Source of the DNA: a bacterium
GTDB lineage: Bacteria; DRYD01
Length of the DNA: 59,023 nt
Direction of reading: 5' to 3'
NCBI GenBank assembly: GCA_039630415.1
Contig: JBCNVB010000012.1
Coordinates: 1 to 59,023 of the forward strand
Under the pieces are notes generated by a model. That model was not told the origin of the DNA. It did no database searches and saw only the letters and a list, made by a program, of their open reading frames with translations. Both the position numbers and the translations under genes were made by a program. This document shows, one piece after another, positions 32,808 through 41,365 of the stretch; the first letter of the stretch is position 1, and each line of letters opens with the position of its first letter.

Positions 32808-33581
32808 CTACCCTGTGTTGAAATATTTTTGAAAAAGTACGAATATGATAATCGGTATTAGAATAGATATTGTAAGTGCTGAGGCAAAATATCCCGGTTC
32901 GAAAATTAGGGCTTTAGATATGTAATTTATACCTACCTGAACAGTGTATTTGTTTTCGCTCTGTATGACCATTAAAGGCCATAAAAAATCATTCCATAGA
33001 TTTAAAAAATTCGTCATAAATGCTGTTAAACAATAATTCTTCAGAACTGGTATCTGTATCAGAATTATTCTTTGTAAAACACTAAACCCTTCTATTTCAC
33101 AATAATCCTCTATATCAGAAGAGTAGAATCTAAAGGCTTGTACAAATAGCAAAAGTGTAAAAAGGTTAGATATGAAAGGCAAAAATACAGCTAATAAATT
33201 ATCGAGTAAATTTAGATGTTTTATAACTAGAAAATTGAATATAATTTTAGCTTCCTGAGGGAATAAGAATGAAACCATTATTATGGTAGCTATAATCTTA
33301 GTTATTTTTGATTTTGATTTATAAATATAGTACGCTGCAAGAAGACATACAAAAACAGACATAGTTGCACCCAGTATTGATACAATCAAACTGTTCACTA
33401 TAAACACGAAGAAATCATAATTTTTGAGAATTATTGAATAGTTTTGCAGAGAATTACCCTTTAAAGATAAAACAAAAACAAACACGAGGGGATAAAGAAA
33501 TAGAGTTGATAGTATTAGAAGTGTTATTTTAGTGGGTGTTAGGTAGAGTTGTTTTTGAATGGTTGGTTGGTGGGCCGCCAA
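32808..33581 (-). CDS. Carbohydrate ABC transporter permease (MalG-like); start uncertain because the TTG lies inside tRNA-Lys
   Basis: NSLIVS, degenerate EAA loop (EDYCEIEG), WNDFLWPL, FVLFQKYF. Confidence 0.82.
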   Translation of the reverse strand: MAAHQPTIQKQLYLTPTKITLLILSTLFLYPLVFVFVLSLKGNSLQNYSIILKNYDFFVFIVNSLIVSILGATMSVFVCLLAAYYIYKSKSKITKIIATIIMVSFLFPQEAKIIFNFLVIKHLNLLDNLLAVFLPFISNLFTLLLFVQAFRFYSSDIEDYCEIEGFSVLQRIILIQIPVLKNYCLTAFMTNFLNLWNDFLWPLMVIQSENKYTVQVGINYISKALIFEPGYFASALTISILIPIIIFVLFQKYFNTG

Positions 33582-33642
33582 GGAATCGAACCTAGGACCC
33601 CTTGCTTAAAAGGCAAGTGCTCTTCCACTGAGCTAGCGGCCC
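33568..33642 (-). tRNA. tRNA-Lys(TTT), CCA encoded
   Basis: Reverse complement GGGCCGC TAGCTCAGTGGAAGAGCA CTTGC CTTTTAA GCAAG GGGTC CTAGG TTCGATT CCTTG GCGGCCC A CCA; one mismatch in the T-stem. Confidence 0.93.
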
Positions 33643-33687
33643 ATTCCCTACGTTGTTATATTTCTTCCTAAAGAATTTTCATCCTTC

Positions 33688-34485
33688 TCAATAACCTAAA
33701 TTTCGAATAATACCATACACCTCATTTATATACTCTTTGATTTTATCAGTACTCACAGGGAAAAGAGCATTAAAAATATAGGGATTCTTGTAAGGTATAA
33801 ATGAGAAATTATCGATATCATAAAACATTTCTGGATGTGAAAAAGGGTCTACCTTATCGCTTTTACAAATTAGTAAGCCCTGTCTATAAACAACAGGAAA
33901 AAATAAGAATAAAAAGCATACACTAAGTTGTGTTCCTACAATCCAGTACCTCCCTTTCTTTATGTAAAAAAACATTCTTTCCCTATAAAAATTAGTAAAT
34001 GGAATCTTTCTAAATCCCCACAGTTTAAAGATAATAAAGCCATATATCCTTGAGAAATTTTTGGATGCCCCTGGTTGAAAATGTAATAACTCCCACTCAT
34101 AGTTTGAAGATATAAAATTCTGAAAAATTATCTCCGTGACCGTTTCAGAATAATCCAAGACTTTAGAAGAAAAAACAGAGTTTTTAAAATATGTATTATA
34201 TAAACCAAACAAAATGATAAGAATAAAAAGGCCTAAACAGGAAAAACTACACAAATACCCCAAAATTATTGAAATTATAGGATAATTTTCATTCTGAAGC
34301 TGATTGATTCCTTGAATACCGTAAACATTGATAAAAATACAACAAATCAATCCAAGTAGGATACATACAACAATACCCATCACGGCGTGTATGTTTGAAA
34401 TTACATGAATAGTCTTATCAACACTTGCTCTGTATTTTTCTATTTGATTAGCAATTTGATTAACGATCAAATTTATTTGATGCAT
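33688..34485 (-). CDS. Hypothetical membrane protein
   Basis: 265-aa ORF with 2-3 TM segments; no recognised family. Confidence 0.6.
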   Translation of the reverse strand: MHQINLIVNQIANQIEKYRASVDKTIHVISNIHAVMGIVVCILLGLICCIFINVYGIQGINQLQNENYPIISIILGYLCSFSCLGLFILIILFGLYNTYFKNSVFSSKVLDYSETVTEIIFQNFISSNYEWELLHFQPGASKNFSRIYGFIIFKLWGFRKIPFTNFYRERMFFYIKKGRYWIVGTQLSVCFLFLFFPVVYRQGLLICKSDKVDPFSHPEMFYDIDNFSFIPYKNPYIFNALFPVSTDKIKEYINEVYGIIRNLGY

Positions 34486-34594
34486 GTTTATATAATTCTA
34501 CCTAACCTAAAAATTCTCCTAATTTTTGTAACATTATTTTAACAATTTTAGTAAATATCCATAACAAAAATAAAACTAGGGAGGTGATTAAAAT

Positions 34595-35572
34595 ATGAAT
34601 TGGTTGAAACTATTAATTGCCACCATAATTATAGTAAGCATATCGATAGCAGGAATTAAACAGGGAGAAATAAGAGAGGATAATCTCAGCATAAATCAGA
34701 CAATTAATCAACAAATAGATAATACAAGAGTACATAGAGTGGTAGCCGGAATGGCAGCAGTAGAATTAGGCCCAACGTTCTATCGAAATGATTGGGATGA
34801 GTTCTATGTTGGGTCTTTCGCTAATCTAACACAGGAAGAAATAGCATATCTCGATACATTAAGAGGTCTACGAGCTGGTGTATGGCATTATATAGATGTA
34901 ACCGCAAGAGTTCATATAGGAAACCAAATGCCTACAGATAGAATAACTACTAGATTCGAAAGAATCTTTATAGATGATGGCGAGATAAGAACTACTATAA
35001 ATAGAGAAATAAAGGAAGGAATAAAATATCAATTAGTTTTACAAGTATATGACTATTCTCCTATTATACTGGATTTAGATAACAACAGAAAAGTAGATGT
35101 AGCATATAATTATTGGTTACCTCATGCTCCAAAATTCTTCCAACAAAATATAGTAAGTTTTGATATTACTGGTGATCAAATAGAAGATCTGGTAGAGTGG
35201 GTTGTTGGTCCTAATGATGGATTACTAGTGGCTCCAGAAAGTAAAACAGTAAAATCTGCACTCGATCTATTTGGTACTGCAGGAGGATTCTCAGATGGTT
35301 ATGAAAAACTAAAACTATACGACAAAGACAAAAATGGATTTGTTGATGGGAAAGAACTAGAAGGATTTAAGGTATGGATAGATAAGAATATGAATGCAAA
35401 AGTAGAGGAAGGAGAATTGGTTAGCATAAAAGAGTATAAGATTTCAAAAATATCAGTAAACCACAATGGTAAATATGTGTCTTTCTACGAAACAGAGGAT
35501 GGCAAAAGGAGACTAATGTGGGACTGGTGGCCAGCTGCTATACAAGTTAAATCCATCAAAAGTAATAAGTAA
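34595..35572 (+). CDS. Secreted Ca-binding protein with an FrpC-type self-processing-module-like C-terminal domain
   Basis: GGAGGTG SD; signal peptide; ordered motifs SPIILDLD, FDITGD, W..PNDGLLV, LFG, GYEKL..YDKDKNGFVDGKE, VWIDKNMNAKVEEGEL. Confidence 0.7.
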   Translation: MNWLKLLIATIIIVSISIAGIKQGEIREDNLSINQTINQQIDNTRVHRVVAGMAAVELGPTFYRNDWDEFYVGSFANLTQEEIAYLDTLRGLRAGVWHYIDVTARVHIGNQMPTDRITTRFERIFIDDGEIRTTINREIKEGIKYQLVLQVYDYSPIILDLDNNRKVDVAYNYWLPHAPKFFQQNIVSFDITGDQIEDLVEWVVGPNDGLLVAPESKTVKSALDLFGTAGGFSDGYEKLKLYDKDKNGFVDGKELEGFKVWIDKNMNAKVEEGELVSIKEYKISKISVNHNGKYVSFYETEDGKRRLMWDWWPAAIQVKSIKSNK

Positions 35573-35604
35573 AAGAAACCTAAGAAATACAAGAAATAAT
35601 AACA

Positions 35605-35630
35605 AGGGGGTGGACATTTTCCCACCCCCT
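35605..35630. terminator. GC-rich hairpin between the two secreted-protein genes
   Basis: AGGGGGTGG-ACATTTTC-CCACCCCCT forms a perfect 9-bp stem; there is no U-tract directly after it on +. Confidence 0.55.
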
Positions 35631-35649
35631 AAAACTTTAGGAGGTAAAA

Positions 35650-36744
35650 ATGAAAAAAATAGTTTATACAACGATTATACTAACCATTATAATGATATCC
35701 ATTATTTCCCAATCAATAGCGACAAATTTTAAAATACATAAAATCAACTTAGAAAAAGACATATACAAAATAATCCCAACAAATGATTTTATACTACATG
35801 AAATAAAAGTTATACCAAATCGCAAACTAGTAATTTTCTACCAAGATAAATCTGAAGCTAACCTAAATAAAAACTTTGCTCTTGTTTTCAACTACGAAAA
35901 TAAAAAAGTTTTGAAAAATCTAGCTCTACCTATTACTAGATATAAACAGAGTGTGGTAGATAAAAGTGGTAACATATATATTCTCTCTTGGAAACCCGTA
36001 GATCTTTATTTTCTTGACACTCAAAACCTATCTATATCAAAAGCATATGATAATACATTCATAGAAAATCAACCAAAATATTTATTCAATCTAGATAGCA
36101 GATTATTAAAATCTTTCAATGGGGAAGTTTTGGTAACAATGGACCTAAGAAAACAAAAAGAGTATATTGACGACGTAGTAATATGTAAAATAGAATATGT
36201 AAACAATGAACTAAAAATAATCCCCTACTTCTCATCAATTTCTATCTCCGAATACTTTGGGAATGAACCACACTACATGATAATAAACTATCCTCTAAAT
36301 ATATTTGTAAACAAAATAAATAGCAATAGGGTATATGATATAAAAACTTCTCAGGAATACACCGAAAAGGTCGATATACAATCTATTTGTAAAGAATTTA
36401 ATTTCATATGTAAAAGACTTTTTGACGCTAGTAATAGGTATCTATTAGTTTCGTTGTATGAAGAAAATAAGCATAAACTTACATTAGTTGATTACACTAA
36501 ACAAGAACAAAAAGTCTATATTAATAATGAAAAATTTATTGAAGCTAGATTTTTATCTGACAAACAAGTTATTTTCTGTGCTTTTGAGAACAAAAAAATC
36601 AATTACTATCTTTTCACAATAGATGGGGCTAAAATAGAAAAAATACCTTTGGAAAATGTTAAAAACACCGTAATTGAAATTATAGATAAAAGAACTTTCC
36701 TTTCTTTTGATAAACAAAATATCTATATTGTTTCATTAGAATAA
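35650..36744 (+). CDS. Hypothetical secreted protein, beta-rich (possible propeller)
   Basis: AGGAGG SD, MKK signal peptide, VDKSGNIYI-type blade segments. Confidence 0.65.
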   Translation: MKKIVYTTIILTIIMISIISQSIATNFKIHKINLEKDIYKIIPTNDFILHEIKVIPNRKLVIFYQDKSEANLNKNFALVFNYENKKVLKNLALPITRYKQSVVDKSGNIYILSWKPVDLYFLDTQNLSISKAYDNTFIENQPKYLFNLDSRLLKSFNGEVLVTMDLRKQKEYIDDVVICKIEYVNNELKIIPYFSSISISEYFGNEPHYMIINYPLNIFVNKINSNRVYDIKTSQEYTEKVDIQSICKEFNFICKRLFDASNRYLLVSLYEENKHKLTLVDYTKQEQKVYINNEKFIEARFLSDKQVIFCAFENKKINYYLFTIDGAKIEKIPLENVKNTVIEIIDKRTFLSFDKQNIYIVSLE

Positions 36745-36755
36745 AATTTAGTAAC

Positions 36756-38072
36756 TTAGCTGTATGCTTGTTTTATTTTCTCTATTCTCTCATGATGATT
36801 AACTATAGGTGGATAGTAATTCAATTTATTTGACAAAGGATCATGAAGTTTATGAGGTTCCATATTAGACAGTTGTGGTAAGTATTTCTTTATGAATTTT
36901 GAAAAGGGGTCAAATTTTTGTGCTTGAAGGATTGGATTAAAAATCCTTAATGGTTTAGGATCAGGCCCTACTGAAGAGATCCATTGCCAATTACCTAAAT
37001 TTACTACTTCATCATAATCAATAAGATACTTAGAAAATATCTTTTCCCCAATCCTCCAATCTGTAAGCAGATCTTTGGTTAAAAAGGAACCAAATATTAA
37101 TCTAGCTCTGTTATGCATCCAATTTTCCCTTTTTAACTGAATAATACAGGCATCTATTATTGGATAACCAGTTTGTGCTTTTTCTATACTGTCTATATAT
37201 TTTTCATTATTTTCCCAGGCTATGTTTCTTCTTCTTTCTTGAAACTCTAAATTAGGTAGTTCAGGAAAGTAGTGTGCTATATGATACCAAAATTCTCTCC
37301 AAGCTAGCTCTTTTATAAAACCTATACTCTTGTCTTTAGCAAGGTTATATACTTTACGAATAGAAAGTACCCCAAATCTTATGTATGGTGAAAGTTTTGA
37401 AGAATAATCTATTCCTAGATCATTTCTTAATTCTTCATATTTACTAAAATCATATTCCTTTATCCTATTTATTCCAAATTCGTAAGTCCAGATAGTTGTA
37501 TTTTTTATTTTACTTTTAACCTGTTGTATGGAAATTCTAGTTAAATCTTCTAGAAATTCGTCATGAATGATTTTTGTATTATAATCTACGTCTTTTACCA
37601 TTTCCAAATCAAGGTAATTTTTCCACTCGTTATAAAAATAAGTATATACTTTCCTATAGGGTATCTTTGTATAGTCACAAAGTACATTATCTAATACTTC
37701 AATCATTTGAATTCCTCTATACTTTAGAAACTCTTTAATTTTTTGATTTCTATGTTTTCCTGAAAAGGTAAGAGGTTTGGAAGTATACAATGCTTTAATA
37801 TCATATCTTTCGATAATTCTCGAAATGGCTTCCTGATCATTTCCTACGAAAACATATAACTTTATCTGCTTTCTTAAGTTTTCAATTATATCTAAAAGAA
37901 AAGACAATCTATGATCGCTTAGTTCTTCAATTCCCACTGATTTAAGAACATCTTTGTCAAATACAAATATAGGCAAAATTTTCTCAGAATTCATATAGCA
38001 TTGGTAAAGAGTCCTATTATCCTCTACTCTTAAGTCTCTTTTTAGCAAACAAATATTCGCTTTAGGTTTCAT
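36756..38072 (-). CDS. phrB: Deoxyribodipyrimidine photolyase
   Basis: RDLRVEDN, SKLSPYIRFG, ELAWREF, TGYPIIDA, WMHNRAR, NLGNWQW, RIFNP. Confidence 0.93.
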   Translation of the reverse strand: MKPKANICLLKRDLRVEDNRTLYQCYMNSEKILPIFVFDKDVLKSVGIEELSDHRLSFLLDIIENLRKQIKLYVFVGNDQEAISRIIERYDIKALYTSKPLTFSGKHRNQKIKEFLKYRGIQMIEVLDNVLCDYTKIPYRKVYTYFYNEWKNYLDLEMVKDVDYNTKIIHDEFLEDLTRISIQQVKSKIKNTTIWTYEFGINRIKEYDFSKYEELRNDLGIDYSSKLSPYIRFGVLSIRKVYNLAKDKSIGFIKELAWREFWYHIAHYFPELPNLEFQERRRNIAWENNEKYIDSIEKAQTGYPIIDACIIQLKRENWMHNRARLIFGSFLTKDLLTDWRIGEKIFSKYLIDYDEVVNLGNWQWISSVGPDPKPLRIFNPILQAQKFDPFSKFIKKYLPQLSNMEPHKLHDPLSNKLNYYPPIVNHHERIEKIKQAYS

Positions 38073-38074
38073 AT

Positions 38075-39532
38075 TTATACATCTACTACCCTTATCTTCC
38101 TCTCCTTTATGTTATTTATTCCTGTTATTTTAGTTCCAAGTTCTATTTCACAGAGGATATAATCAGCAATTTGCTTTGTAATAACTTCGCCTGGTATAAG
38201 GATAGGTATACCTGGTGGATAAGTCGTTACTATTTCGGCAGATATTTTTCCTATACTTTGATTTATAGGTATCTCTCTAGTTCTAGAAATATAAGCTTGT
38301 CTTGGAGAAATAGCCAAGGAAGGCCAATCAGGATATTCACTAATTTTTCTAATTACACTGTTGGGCTTTATTGTACCCATCTTTAGTTCGTGCACAATTT
38401 CCCTTATAGCATTTATAAAAAATTTGACTTGTTTATACCTATCACCTACTGTTAGCAGAATAAGAATGTTAAATAAGTCAGACATTTCAACCTGTATTCT
38501 ATACTTACTTACAAGTATCTGCTCTAATTCGTACCCAGACAGACCATATTTAGATAAGTTTAAAACAATCTTTGTTTTGTCATCATTTGGGAATATAATT
38601 TCCTCATCAATTTGTTTTATTTTTTTTATTGTATAATTTGTGATTTCGACCAATCTTTCGAAAACGTTAACATGATTATTTAACATGTATTGAGTATAAT
38701 CTAAGGAAGCAAATAAAAGAGGAGAAGGACTAGTAGAATTCAACATTAAAACAGTTTGATTTATTTTAGGAACCAAATATTCAAAGTTATTTAGAATAGA
38801 GTGATTAAGATGTAGTATAGAACTCTGTGTAAATGCAAACAAAGTCTTATGTGGACTCATAACTATGATATGAGCAGGAGTTTGGGTAGAACAGGTAGGA
38901 AAAAAAGGATGAAATCTGAAATGAGACCCCCATGCTTGATCAACTATTAACAAAACGCTTTTTTTATGTAAGTATTCAGCTATTTTTTGAATATCTGCCG
39001 ATAAACCATAATACGTAGGGTGTGTAATAACTACAGCAGAAACATCATTCTTTTCAACTACCTCTTTTATTTTTTCAAACTCAATATTCTTATCTATGTT
39101 AAACTCGTAATCGTAATTTGGATATACAAAAATAGGGTTTGCACCAGATAATATTAGACCAGAAAAAATCGATTTATGAGAATTTCTTGGAATAACAATT
39201 TTATCCTTTTCACAAACAGAACTTATTATACTTATATGATTGGAAATAGTTGATCCTCCAACAATGTAGTAACACTTATAAGTGTTATAAGCTTTTGACA
39301 TTAAATCCTGAGAAATTTTTAGTGATTTTTGAGGATTTTGAAAAGTATCTATCAAAGGTATCTCATTGGTCTCTATTTCGAATAAGTTTTTCCGAAGGAT
39401 AGATTTATATGTTTTATGATATGCTTTTCCAGCTTTATGGCCTGGACATTGAAAAGGTATTATCTTCTCTTTGGCATACTTTATTAAGTCCTTTATGTAT
39501 GGGGTTTCATTAAGAAATTCATTCATATCCAA
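38075..39532 (-). CDS. PLP-dependent Arg/Lys/Orn decarboxylase (Bacillus SpeA-like)
   Basis: PGHK, RNSHKS, PTYYG, DQAWGSH, SPHKT, STSPS, YPPGIP..PGE. Confidence 0.9.
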   Translation of the reverse strand: MDMNEFLNETPYIKDLIKYAKEKIIPFQCPGHKAGKAYHKTYKSILRKNLFEIETNEIPLIDTFQNPQKSLKISQDLMSKAYNTYKCYYIVGGSTISNHISIISSVCEKDKIVIPRNSHKSIFSGLILSGANPIFVYPNYDYEFNIDKNIEFEKIKEVVEKNDVSAVVITHPTYYGLSADIQKIAEYLHKKSVLLIVDQAWGSHFRFHPFFPTCSTQTPAHIIVMSPHKTLFAFTQSSILHLNHSILNNFEYLVPKINQTVLMLNSTSPSPLLFASLDYTQYMLNNHVNVFERLVEITNYTIKKIKQIDEEIIFPNDDKTKIVLNLSKYGLSGYELEQILVSKYRIQVEMSDLFNILILLTVGDRYKQVKFFINAIREIVHELKMGTIKPNSVIRKISEYPDWPSLAISPRQAYISRTREIPINQSIGKISAEIVTTYPPGIPILIPGEVITKQIADYILCEIELGTKITGINNIKERKIRVVDV

Positions 39533-40598
39533 TCTGACCTAGTATCTCAAGAGCTTTTGTATTATATTCCTCAAAGTTTGATATACGTAGTTTTTTATCT
39601 TTGTACCAAATTCCCCACCTAGTTCTTAAACCTAACATTATCCTCTCTTTAACCTGTTCATTGATATCTATATACTCTATCTCATAACTTAAACCATCAA
39701 AATTATTTTGAATTCTTATTGCTTTACTATCAATAGTTACTTTAGATACTGCTGAAGGTCCAAATCCAATATAATCGTAGTAGTACCAATATTTTAAATT
39801 ATGCTTACAATAAAAATTCTTAATCGCAAAATTTGATATTTCGTATTGATCATATATTTTGCTTAGTTTATCAACTATTATCCTATAGTATAACCCAGCT
39901 TTGGCGTAATTCTGTACTACCTTTTGTTTTAAAATATCAGGATAGTCTTCACTTTTATCAACACACATAAGATAATAGGATAAATGCGGAGAACCAATAG
40001 ATAACAAACTATCAATATCTTTTTTGAGAGACTCAAATGTTTGATAAGGATAAAGAGCTATCATGTCAAGATTGTAGTTATCAAAATATCTTTCAACATT
40101 TCTTATGGCTTGATATATTTCGCTTATATTATGTGTCCTACCCATCACTCTAAGTCCAAATATATTCAAACTCTGAACACCAATACTTATCCTATTTATT
40201 CCTAAACTTCTAAGTTCTCTTATGTATTTTTCACTGATAAACTCAGGATTGATTTCAAAACTTATTTCCACATTACTAGAGAAATTAAAATATTTTTTTA
40301 GAGTATCAATTATTTCTTCGAGATATTTCAATGACATTAAATTTGGTGTACCACCACCAAAATATACAGTATCTACTATACCCAATTTATAATCCCACTC
40401 TTGTAAAATCTTAATCTTAAACTCTATTTCTTGGATTAAGGTTTGATAGAAACCGTATTTAAAGTTTGTTTCTTTAAAAAAATCACAATAAAAACATTTT
40501 TTTATACAAAAGGGATAGTGTATATATATGCCTAAATTATTACGGGGATTTAGTATGCCGTATACTTCATTAGGTACCCTAACAAAAATCGTTTCCAT
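39519..40598 (-). CDS. hemW: Radical SAM heme chaperone HemW (HemN-like)
   Basis: YIHYPFCIKKCFYCDF, GGGTP, RISIGVQS, YEISNF, HNLKYW; short C-terminus. Confidence 0.88.
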   Translation of the reverse strand: METIFVRVPNEVYGILNPRNNLGIYIHYPFCIKKCFYCDFFKETNFKYGFYQTLIQEIEFKIKILQEWDYKLGIVDTVYFGGGTPNLMSLKYLEEIIDTLKKYFNFSSNVEISFEINPEFISEKYIRELRSLGINRISIGVQSLNIFGLRVMGRTHNISEIYQAIRNVERYFDNYNLDMIALYPYQTFESLKKDIDSLLSIGSPHLSYYLMCVDKSEDYPDILKQKVVQNYAKAGLYYRIIVDKLSKIYDQYEISNFAIKNFYCKHNLKYWYYYDYIGFGPSAVSKVTIDSKAIRIQNNFDGLSYEIEYIDINEQVKERIMLGLRTRWGIWYKDKKLRISNFEEYNTKALEILGQIGYE

Positions 40599-41088
40599 TG
40601 TTTTTTTCTTTTTATTAATTCTTTTTACTTTAATTTTTCCCTATTCAAGCTTTTGTTATGCTGGAATAGCGATTCCACCCAAAGATTTAATGTACAAACA
40701 TGATCCTGAGTATAAAACCCCAGATCTAGATCCAGATGATCCAGACTCACAAAAAGAACCACCACCAAAAATATATTACTACAACGAAAATATCTTCCAA
40801 CAATACTATAACAGCGGAGTATATATAAAAAAAGACACTAACCAAACAGATAACCAATTTCAGAATACAAATCAGTCAGATTCACAAACATATCAACCTG
40901 AAAAAACTAGACAAGTAACCAATATTTATCCAATTTTCATTGGTATAACTATAATACTATTAATTACTTTAAGTTTACTATTATACATTTCTAAGTCTCA
41001 AGGGCAGCCCCCCCCACCAGTATACGAGAAATACTCAACTAAACCTAAGAAAACAAAAAGAGAAACAATATTCGATAAAGTAAAATAA
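40528..41088 (+). CDS. Hypothetical membrane-anchored protein (start uncertain)
   Basis: N-terminal hydrophobic segment, Pro/Asp/Gln-rich ectodomain, C-terminal TM and a basic tail. Confidence 0.6.
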   Translation: MPKLLRGFSMPYTSLGTLTKIVSIVFFFLLILFTLIFPYSSFCYAGIAIPPKDLMYKHDPEYKTPDLDPDDPDSQKEPPPKIYYYNENIFQQYYNSGVYIKKDTNQTDNQFQNTNQSDSQTYQPEKTRQVTNIYPIFIGITIILLITLSLLLYISKSQGQPPPPVYEKYSTKPKKTKRETIFDKVK

Positions 41089-41112
41089 TCAAAATAATCA
41101 AAATAATCAAAA
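41082..41112 (+). repeat. Tandem 9-mer AAAATAATC x3
   Basis: AAAATAATC AAAATAATC AAAATAATC AAAA, spanning the stop codon of the upstream ORF. Confidence 0.85.
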
Positions 41113-41136
41113 AAGAAATATGCGGAGGTAAAAAAT

Positions 41137-41364
41137 ATGGAAGATTATACCTACACAATTGATACCAAACAAGAAACAATTGAAAATAAGTCTATAAAGT
41201 ACTCAAAAAAAAAGTTAGTCTTAGCAGGAATAATAGGAGCTGTAGTAGGAATGATAAGTTACATAATATATGAAAATCTAGATCAAGAAACCAAAGATAA
41301 CTTTTCTAAACAAATAATACACAACTTGAAAAATTTAATAAATAACATCCTACCAGGTACCTGA
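41137..41364 (+). CDS. Small single-TM protein (YtxH-like architecture)
   Basis: GGAGG SD; GIIGAVVG TM segment followed by a helix. Confidence 0.6.
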   Translation: MEDYTYTIDTKQETIENKSIKYSKKKLVLAGIIGAVVGMISYIIYENLDQETKDNFSKQIIHNLKNLINNILPGT

Positions 41365-41365
41365 A

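Noticed and set aside
33568-36744. Genomic island integrated at tRNA-Lys
   Set aside because: The hypothetical genes lie on the 5' side of the tRNA, and I saw no integrase and no duplicated tRNA 3' end.
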